NCBI RefSeq assembly: GCF_036588685.1
Contig: NC_086386.1
Span: 19,406,001-19,470,000 of the forward strand
DNA from: Mytilus trossulus
Taxonomy: Eukaryota
DNA length: 64,000 nucleotides
Reading direction: 5' to 3'
The stretch's first letter is position 1. Every line of letters starts with the position of its first letter. Position numbers and translations under genes: made by a program. A model generated the notes under the pieces. It was not told the origin of the DNA and ran no database searches. It worked only from the letters and a program-made list of their open reading frames with translations. Below, one piece after another: positions 43,001 through 51,539 of this stretch.

Positions 43001-46000
43001 AAAATCATCTGTTAGCATTCTTTTTGGATTTATAAGGACAACAATCATGGCTTTAATTCAGCTCAACATCCAAATGTTCTGTGGAAGCAGTATATCAATG
43101 GAAACATGTATACTGAAACTTTTCCACTGATTTGTCCATTTCTGTATTTTTACACTTGAGTAGTCCAATACAAAACAAAAATATTGTTCATGGTTGAAAT
43201 GGTAGACATTGTATTCAAAGGTTCTACCACTCATAGAAATTTTATCAGATTTTTAAAATTTAGTCAGTTTAGAGAATTGTCATTATACAATAGTACAAGA
43301 CTTCTCTTGAAGAAAATATTTTATTCTTAATCTATAAAATATTAAAAGTAGTATATCTAGCAGAGAAGCAAATTCTCAGGGACTATAACTTTAAAAAAGT
43401 TTAAAGATTAATCCAGATTTAGCATAATCATGAAACAACTTTGATTTGAGTCTTTAATAAACTTTGATTGTATTAAGGACACCTATTTACAAAGTATATT
43501 TTTTAATTGATTATAATTCTTTAATTAAGTAGAAAAGAATTTATTTCGAAAGATATGATATTGAACAGGTTATCAAAAGACGACAGCAATCATATATTAT
43601 CTGTTATTATATTAATATAGACAGAGACATATAAATTGAATTATATGTCTTTGATATAGAGAAAACAATGGAAAGTTAAAGAAAGGTAATAATGTTTCCA
43701 AATAAACTTAAGTTTCAAAGTTGAAAGTAAATGAAATTAAGGTTAGATTAGTTCTTGTCGATTTGTACAAGCAACAAGAACAACCTATTCAGAAACAAAT
43801 GCTTATTTACTGTTGCATAAATATTACAACACATTTAGCTCATAATGAAGGAGCTTTAATATAATTATTTCTATACTGACCTGCAGATTATTTATTCATC
43901 AGATATAGAAAGATGGGGTATATATATATACATGTGAGTGCCATTGAGACAACTCTACATCAAGTCTATTAATTTTGCATACTTGTATTTATACAATCTG
44001 CAAAGTTTGCCATTGATACATATAGTTATGCTTGATACATATAGTTATGCTTGATACATATAGTTATGCTTGATACATATAGTTATGCTTGATACATATA
44101 GTTATGCAGCATAGCTTCATTGTATAATAAATTCAGTAATTTCGGTTTTTACTAATATCCGTATTTACAAAAATTAAATGGAGTTACATTTTAAAAAATT
44201 TCACATTATTTTTTCTATGTTGAAATTGTATGTGTGTGAGAGAATTTATCCTCCACCAAATGAAATACTGCTTGTTAATCAGTAAATATTCTATATAATA
44301 TAAATGTAATTTCATGGTAAGTATATTTAACCAAATTCATATAAAATGGTAATTTTTGAAATCTCAAGAAGAGATTTTATATGAATTTATAGGGTTAAAT
44401 ATACTTACCACAATCCACCACCACCCCTGGAATAAATTCAGTTTTTTGTTCACTTAATTGAAATTATTCAATTAAAAGACAAATTAAAACTAAAGCTAGT
44501 GTATGTTACACAGGTGAACTATGACGTAGGTGAGTACATCTCATGGATGTAATTTTTAATCACCTAGTTAATTGCGATGAGAACATGTTGTGAAAGCAAA
44601 CATATTCTATATAATATAAATGTAATTTCATGGTAAGTATATTTAACCCTATAAATTCATATAAAATCTCTTCTTGAGATTTCAAAAATTACCATTTTCA
44701 TCGAATAACACTTGCAAGTTCATGGAATTTCATTTTTATGGTTATGTTGATTGCATTAAAGCCTTTAGAAATTTTGTCCTTTGTTGAACATTTAATTTCA
44801 TTGTTCACCTATGCCATGAAATCAACCAAAAATTGGTTCTGTCCGTGACTTTATCATATTCAACACTTTTTAACTGCTTATAAAGAAAGATTACAGTATA
44901 AAACTTGCCTCTATTGTCACTTCCTAACAAATGAACACTTTAAATAAGTAATTTATAGAATTCTGTTTTCTTTTTCAGATATCAACACACTAAGATTCTT
45001 CTTTAACCTTGGTGTCAGTGTAAGTATTCATTTTTCTCACAAACGTAAGAAATTCTATTGGCAAATATATTGTAGTAGCTTTACATGATAGAAATGTGGT
45101 GTGATGGCATAAGCCTTTTATTCATAGGATCATACCCGATTGATTATGTGTCTAATAACAAAGATTAATAATAGCAATGGTTTATGAATATGTGCAAGCC
45201 ATGAGATATTTACACATTTCACAATGGGTAGATGGTAAAGTTAAACTAAAAGTGAAACTTATCTGATTGTGATTGTTTCAATGGAATAAATTACAAACTT
45301 TTCTGACAATGAAAAACATTTTGGGACAATTCAGTTGTAGCTGACTTAGTACTTAAATAGAGAGCAAGTTTAGAATTTGAAAACATGTGAATTGTTGCAG
45401 TGGCAATCATGCCACATCTTGCGACTTTTATACCTAGGCTACTCTGAATGTTAAAAAAAACACTAGTACAATTATTTAGTAGTACACAGTAGTATACATT
45501 GTTTTCATACAGTTGAAATGAGAACTTAAACAAAATGCAGAGTATTTTTGCTCTAAATTGTTAAATTATTGACTTCTAAATATATCTATACAGTGGCGGA
45601 TGCAGGAATTTTCGAAAGGGGGGGTGCAGGGGGGGGGGGTGCAAAATTATCCCGATTCAAATGCATTGATCGGCCAAAATAAAGGGGGGGTGCGGACCCC
45701 CGGAACCCCCCCTCTGGATCCGCCACTGCTATATATATGACATGTGTAAGGGAATATAAATGTGAAACAACCAACCAACCAAAACCAGTTCAACAATGAA
45801 CTGTTGTCTATATAATGCCATGCTCAAACTATAAAAGTTTTGTTTGTTATAGCTATTACTAGAAAAATAAACACTTCTTTTTATTGGATGATTTAAGATT
45901 TCAATAATCAAATGAGTATACTGAATGTGCATGAAATATTTGCCACTGGACATTAAGTAACAACAATCAATCAATCTTAGAAAATATTTCGATCAATTGT

Positions 46001-46973
46001 GATGGATTAATTACAGAGTTGAAAGGTCAAATGCAATGTATAATCAAATGAGAAGTATTAATTATAGAAGTGTTTTTCATTTCAGCATTACAGAACTGTT
46101 AGTCTTCTGAGTCACTCCATGGCTGCTAGTCACAATGGAATCACACAGGGTCAGTCTCCGATAGTTTTATGTCAGTCTGCCCCGGTAACAAAATATAAAA
46201 CTAGTCCTAGTAATGGAGTTGATTATGCTCCCGTCTTTTCAACTTTCATACAACCAACGACACATAGTCCTGACAATGGTAATGAAAATGATGATAGAAG
46301 TAGTAACATATCGAATGATAGCGGGTGTGAGGCAAACAAGAATGATAGTGAACAAGATAATGTCAAAAACAACGAGGGTAGCATGAGTGAGAGAAATGGT
46401 AATAGTTCAGATATGTCAATATCTGATTCTGTCAACACTCCTCCTCCGGAGATAGATACATCGTCAGATCATGGTTATAAGACTGTTAAACGTAGAAAAT
46501 ATTTTATGTATAAAAATCTGAAACTTATCAAGCCTATCAAAGAAATACCAAACAAATATCTTGATTTGTTGAAATATTTAAGTCTTGAAAAATCAAGGTG
46601 TGAAGGTGAACCAATCATTTTGGCACCCCAGAATATACCTCAACCTGTTAATGTTGGGAACATGGCACACAATCAGATGCCTCTGTCACAGTGTAATTCA
46701 TGTAATGTCAACTTGAACCCCACGGCACAAAGTTTTGTTCCAGGGAAAGTTCCAAGTGGCATGGTAATATCAAATTTACCAAATAGTTGTAGTAGTCAAG
46801 GCAACAATAGTACAATTAACAGTAAGAATAGCATGCCACCACCCTCTTCTCCTTCTGTGCACAATGCATGTTCTAGTCATACTCGCCTGCCTAATATGCC
46901 TAAACCATATGTATCGCCACATAACATTAGCTTTTCACATTTTCATACCATTCCCTTTCCAGCAGGTCAATGA
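3946..46973 (+). CDS. OTUD4: Spliced gene for OTUD4/ALG13/ovarian-tumor-like protein (OTU + Tudor + Pro-rich + FFFNLG motif). Exons: 3946-4092, 4904-4990, 5691-5737, 6657-6729, 7473-7554, 17016-17148, (21152-21251 or 19023-19080), 25129-25243, 27585-27631, 33281-33378, 35941-35990, 36573-36604, 37289-37388, 38611-38985, 44979-45019, 46086-46973
   Basis: Manually spliced; all GT-AG junctions are phase-compatible, giving 804 aa (790 aa with the alternative exon 7). Family motifs: MDSYL..VGLWRKPIARDGFCLFRATSEQ, PVPFRIAKALDPLIYRNTELDIW, PGDRC..HGHIQEV..FIEELGER, GLDLPLNDINTLRFFFNLGV. Symbol is a family-level call (OTUD4/ALG13 co-orthologue). Confidence 0.88.
4904..4990 (+). CDS. OTU gene exon 2 (VYMTQAHYEKLYNLSKEFFYRLEGIDQDY)
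   Basis: ttttcag| acceptor, |gtaagt donor, phase 0-0; V..TQ..H follows SEQ as in OTUD4/ALG13. Confidence 0.88.
5691..5737 (+). CDS. OTU gene exon 3 (VWTESDAMFSLSVICR)
   Basis: ttattacag| and AG|gtaatt; aligns with the family W.....I.ALS..Y segment. Confidence 0.85.
6101..6358 (+). mobile_element. Short HINE/DINE-like element
   Basis: TTTTTATGC.CC start, (GTCC/GTTT)-like microsatellite, GGGGCAT subterminal repeat, 3' hairpin, CTTGTT end; relatives at 25781-26074, 34201-34340 and near 51333. Confidence 0.75.
6657..6729 (+). CDS. OTU gene exon 4 (HNFLVYEVPGCPPYLAIDNCFSEN)
   Basis: tttcag| and |gtaagt; matches the family F..Y..PG.PP....DN segment. Confidence 0.9.
6933..7205. mobile_element. 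TTAA-flanked MITE (Kolobok/piggyBac-like)
   Basis: TTAA|GGTGGTACC...GGTACCACC|TTAA; second copy at 49426-49689, inverted remnant near 5120-5270. Confidence 0.85.
7473..7554 (+). CDS. OTU gene exon 5 (VMLCRIDATHLESVFPKSYVKELALCQ), His box
   Basis: Long polypyrimidine tract + cag|, T|gtaagt; aligns with LC....HYD.VY.......A.CQ. Confidence 0.9.
10198..12300 (-). mobile_element. Truncated CMC/EnSpm-like DNA transposon relic
   Basis: CCCTC terminus interrupting the host repeat, dense CTGAA/TTCAG subterminal repeats 10215-10800, transposase-like exons; other terminus not found. Confidence 0.55.
11166..12266 (-). pseudogene. Spliced C-terminal fragment of an EnSpm-like transposase (exons 11865-12266 and 11166-11280)
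   Basis: RNSYTVSY...YGEVLFF and terminal FPNFYEKD*; phase-2 GT-AG junction; in-frame TAG near 12194. Confidence 0.6.
12716..13698. mobile_element. PIF/Harbinger-like non-autonomous element
   Basis: ~33-bp TIR GGCCA.G.TTTTTTAATTTGTTGGTTTACGGAT; TAA at 12713-12715 and 13699-13701; CpG-rich, suggesting it is young. Confidence 0.88.
13742..15636 (+). mobile_element. HINE/DINE-like element with internal tandem arrays (~160-bp unit x~4, ~130-bp unit x~4)
   Basis: TTTTTATACGACCGC start, GTCGTATA inverted copy, (GTC)n; repeats at 13824-14430 and 14437-14960. Confidence 0.8.
17016..17148 (+). CDS. OTU gene exon 6 (SIVYDILYHGVYNFGEEEIKEAIQIIREQEGKQRKKSCRYSGTS)
   Basis: ttacag| phase 1, TG|gtaatg phase 2; matches the family LYEILY..VF..DEEE...AI segment. 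Confidence 0.9.
17218..17430 (+). mobile_element. Dispersed repeat fragment (GGAGCAGGATCTGCTTACCCTTCCGGAGCACCTG family); class uncertain
   Basis: Interrupts the HINE microsatellite; recognised from memory as an abundant mollusc repeat. Confidence 0.55.
17808..18032. mobile_element. MITE with internal TGATTA repeats
   Basis: TIR GAGG.CCCTCATGGGG; TTAAGT duplicated on both flanks. Confidence 0.82.
19023..19080 (+). CDS. Candidate alternative exon 7a (LQHLGSVEKINSKPVTKKK)
   Basis: Phase 2 to 0 fits exons 6 and 8; branch-like cttaac just upstream, but weak AAG acceptor and gtatat donor. Confidence 0.35.
21012..21094 (+). CDS. Candidate alternative first coding exon (MSHARWLLQQTCFLFMDQSFNDGDLLM) for an OTU-less isoform
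   Basis: In-frame TAA just upstream, ATGs at 21012 and 21057, strong |gtaagt donor, 57-nt intron in phase with exon 21152; locally CpG-rich. Confidence 0.45.
21152..21251 (+). CDS. OTU gene exon 7b (SSPDSSDSSCGSTGEQSPEKACVLYNRHSSHSS)
   Basis: ttttcgttgtag| and TCG|gtaagg; phase 2 to 0; GC-rich coding-like composition. Confidence 0.72.
22882..23421. mobile_element. TTAA-flanked MITE (Kolobok-like)
   Basis: TTAA|AGTCATATGAAAC...GTTTCGTATGACT|TTAA; CpG-rich interior explains the overlapping short ORFs. Confidence 0.8.
25129..25243 (+). CDS. OTU gene exon 8 (EDTGIFIIKPPVPFRIAKALDPLIYRNTELDIWEEDKR)
   Basis: Hallmark KALDP.IYRN.E.D.W motif of OTUD4/ALG13/Otu; canonical splice sites. Confidence 0.93.
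25781..26074 (+). mobile_element. Short HINE/DINE-like element
   Basis: Same family as 6101-6358. Confidence 0.72.
27585..27631 (+). CDS. OTU gene exon 9 (EARHKAIVYCPGDRCM), start of Tudor domain
   Basis: tttcag| and |gtaagt; Y..GD(K/R)C motif. Confidence 0.9.
31619..32429. mobile_element. Non-autonomous TIR element nested in an older repeat
   Basis: TIR CAGAGATGCAA/TTGCATCTCTG; flanks CGAAAT and TGAAAT look like a 6-bp TSD with CpG decay. Confidence 0.78.
33281..33378 (+). CDS. OTU gene exon 10 (IVSEEGKQLYHGHIQEVFDNKAVVAFIEELGER), Tudor core
   Basis: HIQEV..FIEEL motif; tttgtag| and AG|gtaggc. Confidence 0.92.
33523..35268 (-). mobile_element. Canonical non-autonomous Helitron, 1746 bp
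   Basis: Minus strand reads A|TCTATACTATTAA ... ACCCGCGATTTCGCGGGT hairpin (33532-33549) ... CTAG|T; no TSD. Confidence 0.9.
35941..35990 (+). CDS. OTU gene exon 11 (REVDVDRLRPDKSAKA), end of Tudor domain
   Basis: tttcag| phase 2, A|gtaagt; V....LRP Tudor terminus. Confidence 0.9.
36573..36604 (+). CDS. OTU gene exon 12 (RSIIKHWQKRR)
   Basis: ttttttttgtag| and CGG|gtaagt; phase 1 to 0 bridges its neighbours. Confidence 0.82.
37289..37388 (+). CDS. OTU gene exon 13 (MKAMTVEQNLPPRMTQPAALPPPLPLSNVVQND)
   Basis: ttgcag| and A|gtaagt; LPPR motif. Confidence 0.85.
37409..37980 (+). repeat. Degenerate G-rich tandem repeat (~100-140-bp higher-order unit)
   Basis: Recurring GATAGTAGTTATTTCAAAGG and GTGTCTATTATTGGAAAGTTTGACAGCAG blocks. 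Confidence 0.8.
38611..38985 (+). CDS. OTU gene exon 14, Pro/Met-rich low-complexity region ending SEDSRGLDLPLN
   Basis: Overlaps ORF 38634-39023; ttttcag| and G|gtaggt. Confidence 0.9.
39729..40351 (+). repeat. Array of five diverged hairpin modules inside the DIRS-like element
   Basis: Hairpin AATCAGA..GG(T/G)ATTTTG(A/C)CC..TCTGATT at about 39784, 39934, 40042, 40151 and 40270, each followed by a second hairpin. Confidence 0.8.
44013..44107. repeat. Perfect 19-bp minisatellite x5 (TTGATACATATAGTTATGC)
   Basis: Direct reading. Confidence 0.95.
44979..45019 (+). CDS. OTU gene exon 15 (DINTLRFFFNLGVS)
   Basis: LRFFFNLG motif of OTUD4/ALG13; canonical splice sites. Confidence 0.93.
45591..45728. 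mobile_element. Small MITE CAGTGGCGGAT...ATCCGCCACTG
   Basis: TIRs; CTATA on both flanks; degenerate relatives near 8800-9022 and 27670-27810. Confidence 0.85.
46086..46973 (+). CDS. OTU gene terminal coding exon (N/S-rich, basic cluster, PAM2-like motif)
   Basis: tttcag| phase 0 reads HYRTVSLLSHS into ORF 46119-46973. Confidence 0.9.
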   Translation, partial: HYRTVSLLSHSMAASHNGITQGQSPIVLCQSAPVTKYKTSPSNGVDYAPVFSTFIQPTTHSPDNGNENDDRSSNISNDSGCEANKNDSEQDNVKNNEGSMSERNGNSSDMSISDSVNTPPPEIDTSSDHGYKTVKRRKYFMYKNLKLIKPIKEIPNKYLDLLKYLSLEKSRCEGEPIILAPQNIPQPVNVGNMAHNQMPLSQCNSCNVNLNPTAQSFVPGKVPSGMVISNLPNSCSSQGNNSTINSKNSMPPPSSPSVHNACSSHTRLPNMPKPYVSPHNISFSHFHTIPFPAGQ

Positions 46974-49425
46974 AGATCACCAAGATTTAATGTTAGAAGC
47001 GTCAATCACACAGGTGCTGGGTCTCCGCCTCATTTTCAGATGTTGGTGACGGAAGAATAAAAGAAAATGACATTTTGTATTTTGGTGCTTGACAAATGTT
47101 CATGCATTAACAAACATTCATCAAAATCAGAAATCCAAATAACAAATGAACTTATTCTAGTCATATGAATGTTTACTTCTCAGACAATTGTTGCCATGGT
47201 GATGGGTTTTTGTTCTTTGGTTGTGGATGTAAACTTTTTCTATATATATGTAATATCTGCACATATGTTTCTTCTATGAATACTAAATTATCATACAGCA
47301 GACTTTGTAATTTAAATGTTGATGGATTCAATAATCAAATATCAGAAATGAGGGGACCATTCTTTGGTAGAGAAACTTGTTAAAACATTTCACTAAAGTG
47401 CCTTAAAATTTAATCAGATCATTTCATCAGATCTTTAGAAACAGCTGGTGAGTTAAATGATAAAAGAAAAATTTGAAATTGGGTGTCACCTTTTTAAAGG
47501 GGGATTAGTAAAGAAATAACCAATTTTAGAATTTTTTCCATTAAAAAAACCTTTTTGTTTCAGATGCTCTTCAATTTCTATTGAGATTTCCACAACAAAA
47601 TCTGAGTTCAGAAAAGTCTGATATGGGGCACTAATTAATGATTTATAATTGAACTGTCTGCTGTAACATAATGTATATAACTTTCACTGTTTGTATCACT
47701 GGACTATGTTGCATATCATTTACAATTGGCAGCAATATTATAACTTTTTTGTACTTTAAATACTTAGTTTTATAACAATCAACATTAGATATGCACATTT
47801 GAATGGAAAATTTAATTTTAAAAGCCAAATAGTTACCTTTTAACAACAAATGACTTTCAAAAACAAATGTTTTCATCAATTAAAAGTCCTATAGTAAATG
47901 TTCATAAGAGTCACAGTGCTTGTTTGTAATACACCATACTCTCAAGTCCTGTTTGATCATAAATTTTTGTGATTTATAAGGATAACTCAAATTTATTAGC
48001 AGTAGAAACATTGACCGGTTTGATTTTAAAATTTCACCCTTTTTTTTTTTATCATTTAGAAAGTATACAGTTAAGAATATCACTTTTTTTGTCAACACAA
48101 AATGTTGATTCCTAAAAAGTTAGTTGTCCTTGTTACATTGCTGTCATTTTATATTTATTGCTTCTTACATCCTACTCTAACCCTACCGTATATCATGCTC
48201 GCATTATTATTTTAAACATTAATTCATACTCATATATTTTCATACTAAAAACAGGTACATTTTTGCCTTTCTGCTTGGTTATAGGTAAAACTGGAGAAAA
48301 TGTAATTTCTCAATTTTTTAAACACATTTGAATTTCAGATACATTTTTGCCTTTCTGCTTGTTTGCAGGTAAAACTTGAGAAAATGCTATTTCTTAATTT
48401 GTTTTTAAAAAGACGTGTTTCAGTTTTCATTTATCTTTTAAGAGGTTTAGCCCTTTTAAATTACATATATGCCATTTATAAATTTTACAGACATTTTACA
48501 AAACTTACGAATTTAATCAGCTAATATTATACCAGATTTTACTGATATGATATCAATTGTATTTTATCAGCATTGAGCATAATAATATCATGAAAACCAC
48601 AGTTTTAGTTTGTCTAGGAAGTTTTATATTAGTGCTACAGTGTTAATTTCATGTAAATATATGTATGAAGTGTGTATAGTTGTTGAAGTGTGAAAGTTAA
48701 AGATATTAAGTTTGATTTATCATACAAAATGTATACTGAGACATTCCCTTATCATTCAAAATGTATACTGAGACATTCCAATATTAAATGTGTCGAGTTA
48801 GAAATGTCTAAATTCATAGAACGTTTGGTTTTACAAAGTGTTCAAAATACCTTTACTTTCTTATATTTAAGCAAGGTGATATGAATAAGATTCCAACAGA
48901 TTTTGTTTTTATTAAACTGGTTTTCTAAAAGCACAGGTTATATTGCAGGAGATTATTGACTTAATCTTCTGCTATATTCTGCGTGTTTTTGCGTATGAAA
49001 TAACTGTTACTATTTGTGTTGGCATTTTTTGTGTAAAGCAGTTTAAAAATAGTAAAAAGTGGTGATTCAAAAAAAAAAATAATTCAACTCTTACCACAGA
49101 AGAAGCAATCGAAAATATATGCCAAAATTTTTTTGAGATAAACTTACATTTTAGTTATAGATAAGTCATAGAAATATTCAGTATTTTTACAGTCATTAAA
49201 ATATTTAGTATTTTCATGAAACAGTTAGAAGAGACATTTTCATGTTGTAATCTTATTTGACATCTGAATGTGATTTTTGTCTTTTTTTATGATGACAGTT
49301 TTAGAAGCAAGAGTTATCTTTCAAATACCAACAATTATTTAAAGTTTGTGATTATGTAATCTTAACAAAGTTAAATCTCTATTTTTTTTTAGATTGTTAG
49401 CTTTACTAAAAGATTTAACTGTTAA

Positions 49426-49689
49426 GGTGGTACCTAACAATGCACGGAGATAACTCTGTAAAGTCAGCCAAACGTTTTAATTACATTGTGTTGTAAAAGA
49501 AATATTAAGCTTTTCAATGATCAAAATTGGTGGTTGCCAAAAGTTATTTAACCAGTGTAATTTTTGTAACAAAACGGTTGGTTCAAAATTTTTATATTTT
49601 TGTTAAATTGTCAAAGTAAATACTTTTGACAAAATTTTATGAAAATTAAACGAGCCAAATTAATTTCAGTGAAAGTGTCGGGTACCACC
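49426..49689. mobile_element. TTAA-flanked MITE, second copy
   Basis: Same TIR and body as 6933-7205. Confidence 0.85.
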
Positions 49690-50144
49690 TTAAGCAAAAC
49701 ATAAGTTTATTTTGATGAAATAGTAATTTAAAAGTGTTCAGCACTGGATAAATGGCATCAAACACAAATCTTGTATTTCTTTAGTTCTTGATGTTTTCAT
49801 TTGACAACACAGAAAATTAATGTTATAAATCTTGTGTATACCAACTTCAAATATAATATACATAAGTGTTCTAAGAACACATATCTCCTTATTTTTATAG
49901 TCTTCTGTTCTGAAAAGATTGAGATTTGATTCAGAATTAAAATATCTGATGTATGTAAGTGTAATATATGTGTAAAGAAATCTTTTTTTCTAGTAGATTT
50001 AGAAAGTTAATAGTTTACCTCACTCTTAGGCATACAATTTTTGCTCATGTGGATTAAGTGAAACAAAACAATGTTTTGTATATTGTGAATGGACTTTATT
50101 TTATATGTTAATTTCATACGTAAATTCTGTGAGAATGTAGATAG

Positions 50145-50150
50145 AATAAA
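50145..50150 (+). terminator. Candidate polyadenylation signal of the OTU gene (~3.2-kb AU-rich 3'UTR)
   Basis: AATAAA after a U-rich tract, second AATAAA near 50202; other candidates exist upstream. Confidence 0.35.
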
Positions 50151-50304
50151 AAGAATATTTTAAATTTATAAAAACCTCTTGATATTATTATAATTAAAAC
50201 AAATAAAGATAAAATACAAGTCATTTGATAATCTATTGATGAGTTCCATTAACTGTAAAAGATTATAAATACTATTCTGATGCAAGAAATACTAAATTCA
50301 AGTC

Positions 50305-50525
50305 CAGGTGAAAGAAATAGATATTTTGGGGTGTAAGAAATGGTTTTGTTGTATGTGAAAGAAATATTTATTTTGATGTGTAAGAAATGGTTCTGATTAA
50401 GTAAAAGAAATAGTTCTGTTTGGGTGTAAGAAATATTTATATTGAAGTGTAAGAAATTGTTCTGTTGAAGCGAAAGAAAGTTTTGTTCAGAAGAAAGAAA
50501 TTGTTTTGTTTAGGTGAAAGAAATG
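50305..50525. repeat. Degenerate ~24-26-bp tandem repeat (GTGTAAGAAAT/GTGAAAGAAAT core)
   Basis: About 9 recurrences of the core. Confidence 0.7.
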
Positions 50526-51539
50526 AATGATTTTTTGAGTAATTGTCTCATTAAATGCATGTGAGCAAAAATTGCATGTTATTGTTTTGTGATAATACAA
50601 TAATTCTATTAGATAGTGAATCTAGGATTTAACTCTTTTAGATACATTTAGATACATTAAATTCAAAGCATTTGCTGAATCTTTCCAAAATGATTTGCTA
50701 GACAATCAAGTTTTAAAGAAAATGAATTTTCAATAAACAAAAGCAAGTTTATGTCAATGAGATTGCATTTCAAAAAAAGGCTCCTAGTCTTTAAGGATAC
50801 CCTTTATCAAAGATACATTGTAAGGACTTTCAAAAACTCCGCTTTGTAAAATGATTTGTTGACACAAATAATTTTTTCAATTAAACAGTTGTGTACTTAC
50901 TGATAAATTAATTGTTAAATTATGAATAAAATTGTTGGTCTTGAATGTCTATATAAAAGTGGACAAAAAGAAATGAAAAGTCTTTATTTTCAACACGATT
51001 AATCAAATTATAATCAAACTTACAAGACGCCTAAACAATCTGTGATAGCACCTTGATTAAATGAAAACCATAGCAGTGTTAAAAAGAGTTAAATCCTAGA
51101 CAATTTATATACAAAGTGTACTATATTTATACAACTTTCGCCATTCCTGCAATGAAGAAGATGATTGTTTATATTATGATTCCTAATGATCTGTTTGTTA
51201 GAGTTATTATTGTCATGTCGACATACATGTTTTAATCATTTTGAATCATTTAATTTTTTATTCCATTTAACATCAATAAAACATTCATTATAATTGTGTC
51301 TTTATCATGCTCCTTTATCATGCTCCTTCTAGACATTATGTTTTCCTGTCTGTCCATCTGTCCTACTTCAGGTTGAAGTTTTTGTTGAGAAAAGAGGTAT
51401 TTGGAGAATATTGAGCTAGCAACCCAACAACAAAGATTACCCCCAAAAACAACCTTCCGGCCTTCAACAACAGACAAGTCACAGGTGTCTTTTATTGCAT
51501 GTTGTAGTAGTATGGAAGAGTTGTAGGGCGTTGATCATG

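Larger units (their letters stand above)
39101..44698 (+). mobile_element. Non-autonomous DIRS1-like (tyrosine-recombinase retrotransposon) element, 5598 bp
   Basis: Left ITR 39101-39283, right ITR 44481-44667 (39116-39283 is the exact reverse complement of 44481-44648), right extension 44668-44698, ICR 44286-44410 complementary to both ends, ATTTT at both junctions; no ORF longer than 72 aa. Confidence 0.88.

Noticed and set aside
39101-44698. Interpretation as a cut-and-paste TIR transposon or simple inversion
   Set aside because: Does not explain the asymmetric right extension or the internal copy of the joined ends with end-specific variants.
46971-46973. TGA as selenocysteine
   Set aside because: No SECIS recognised in the 3'UTR by eye, and the family is not known as selenoproteins.
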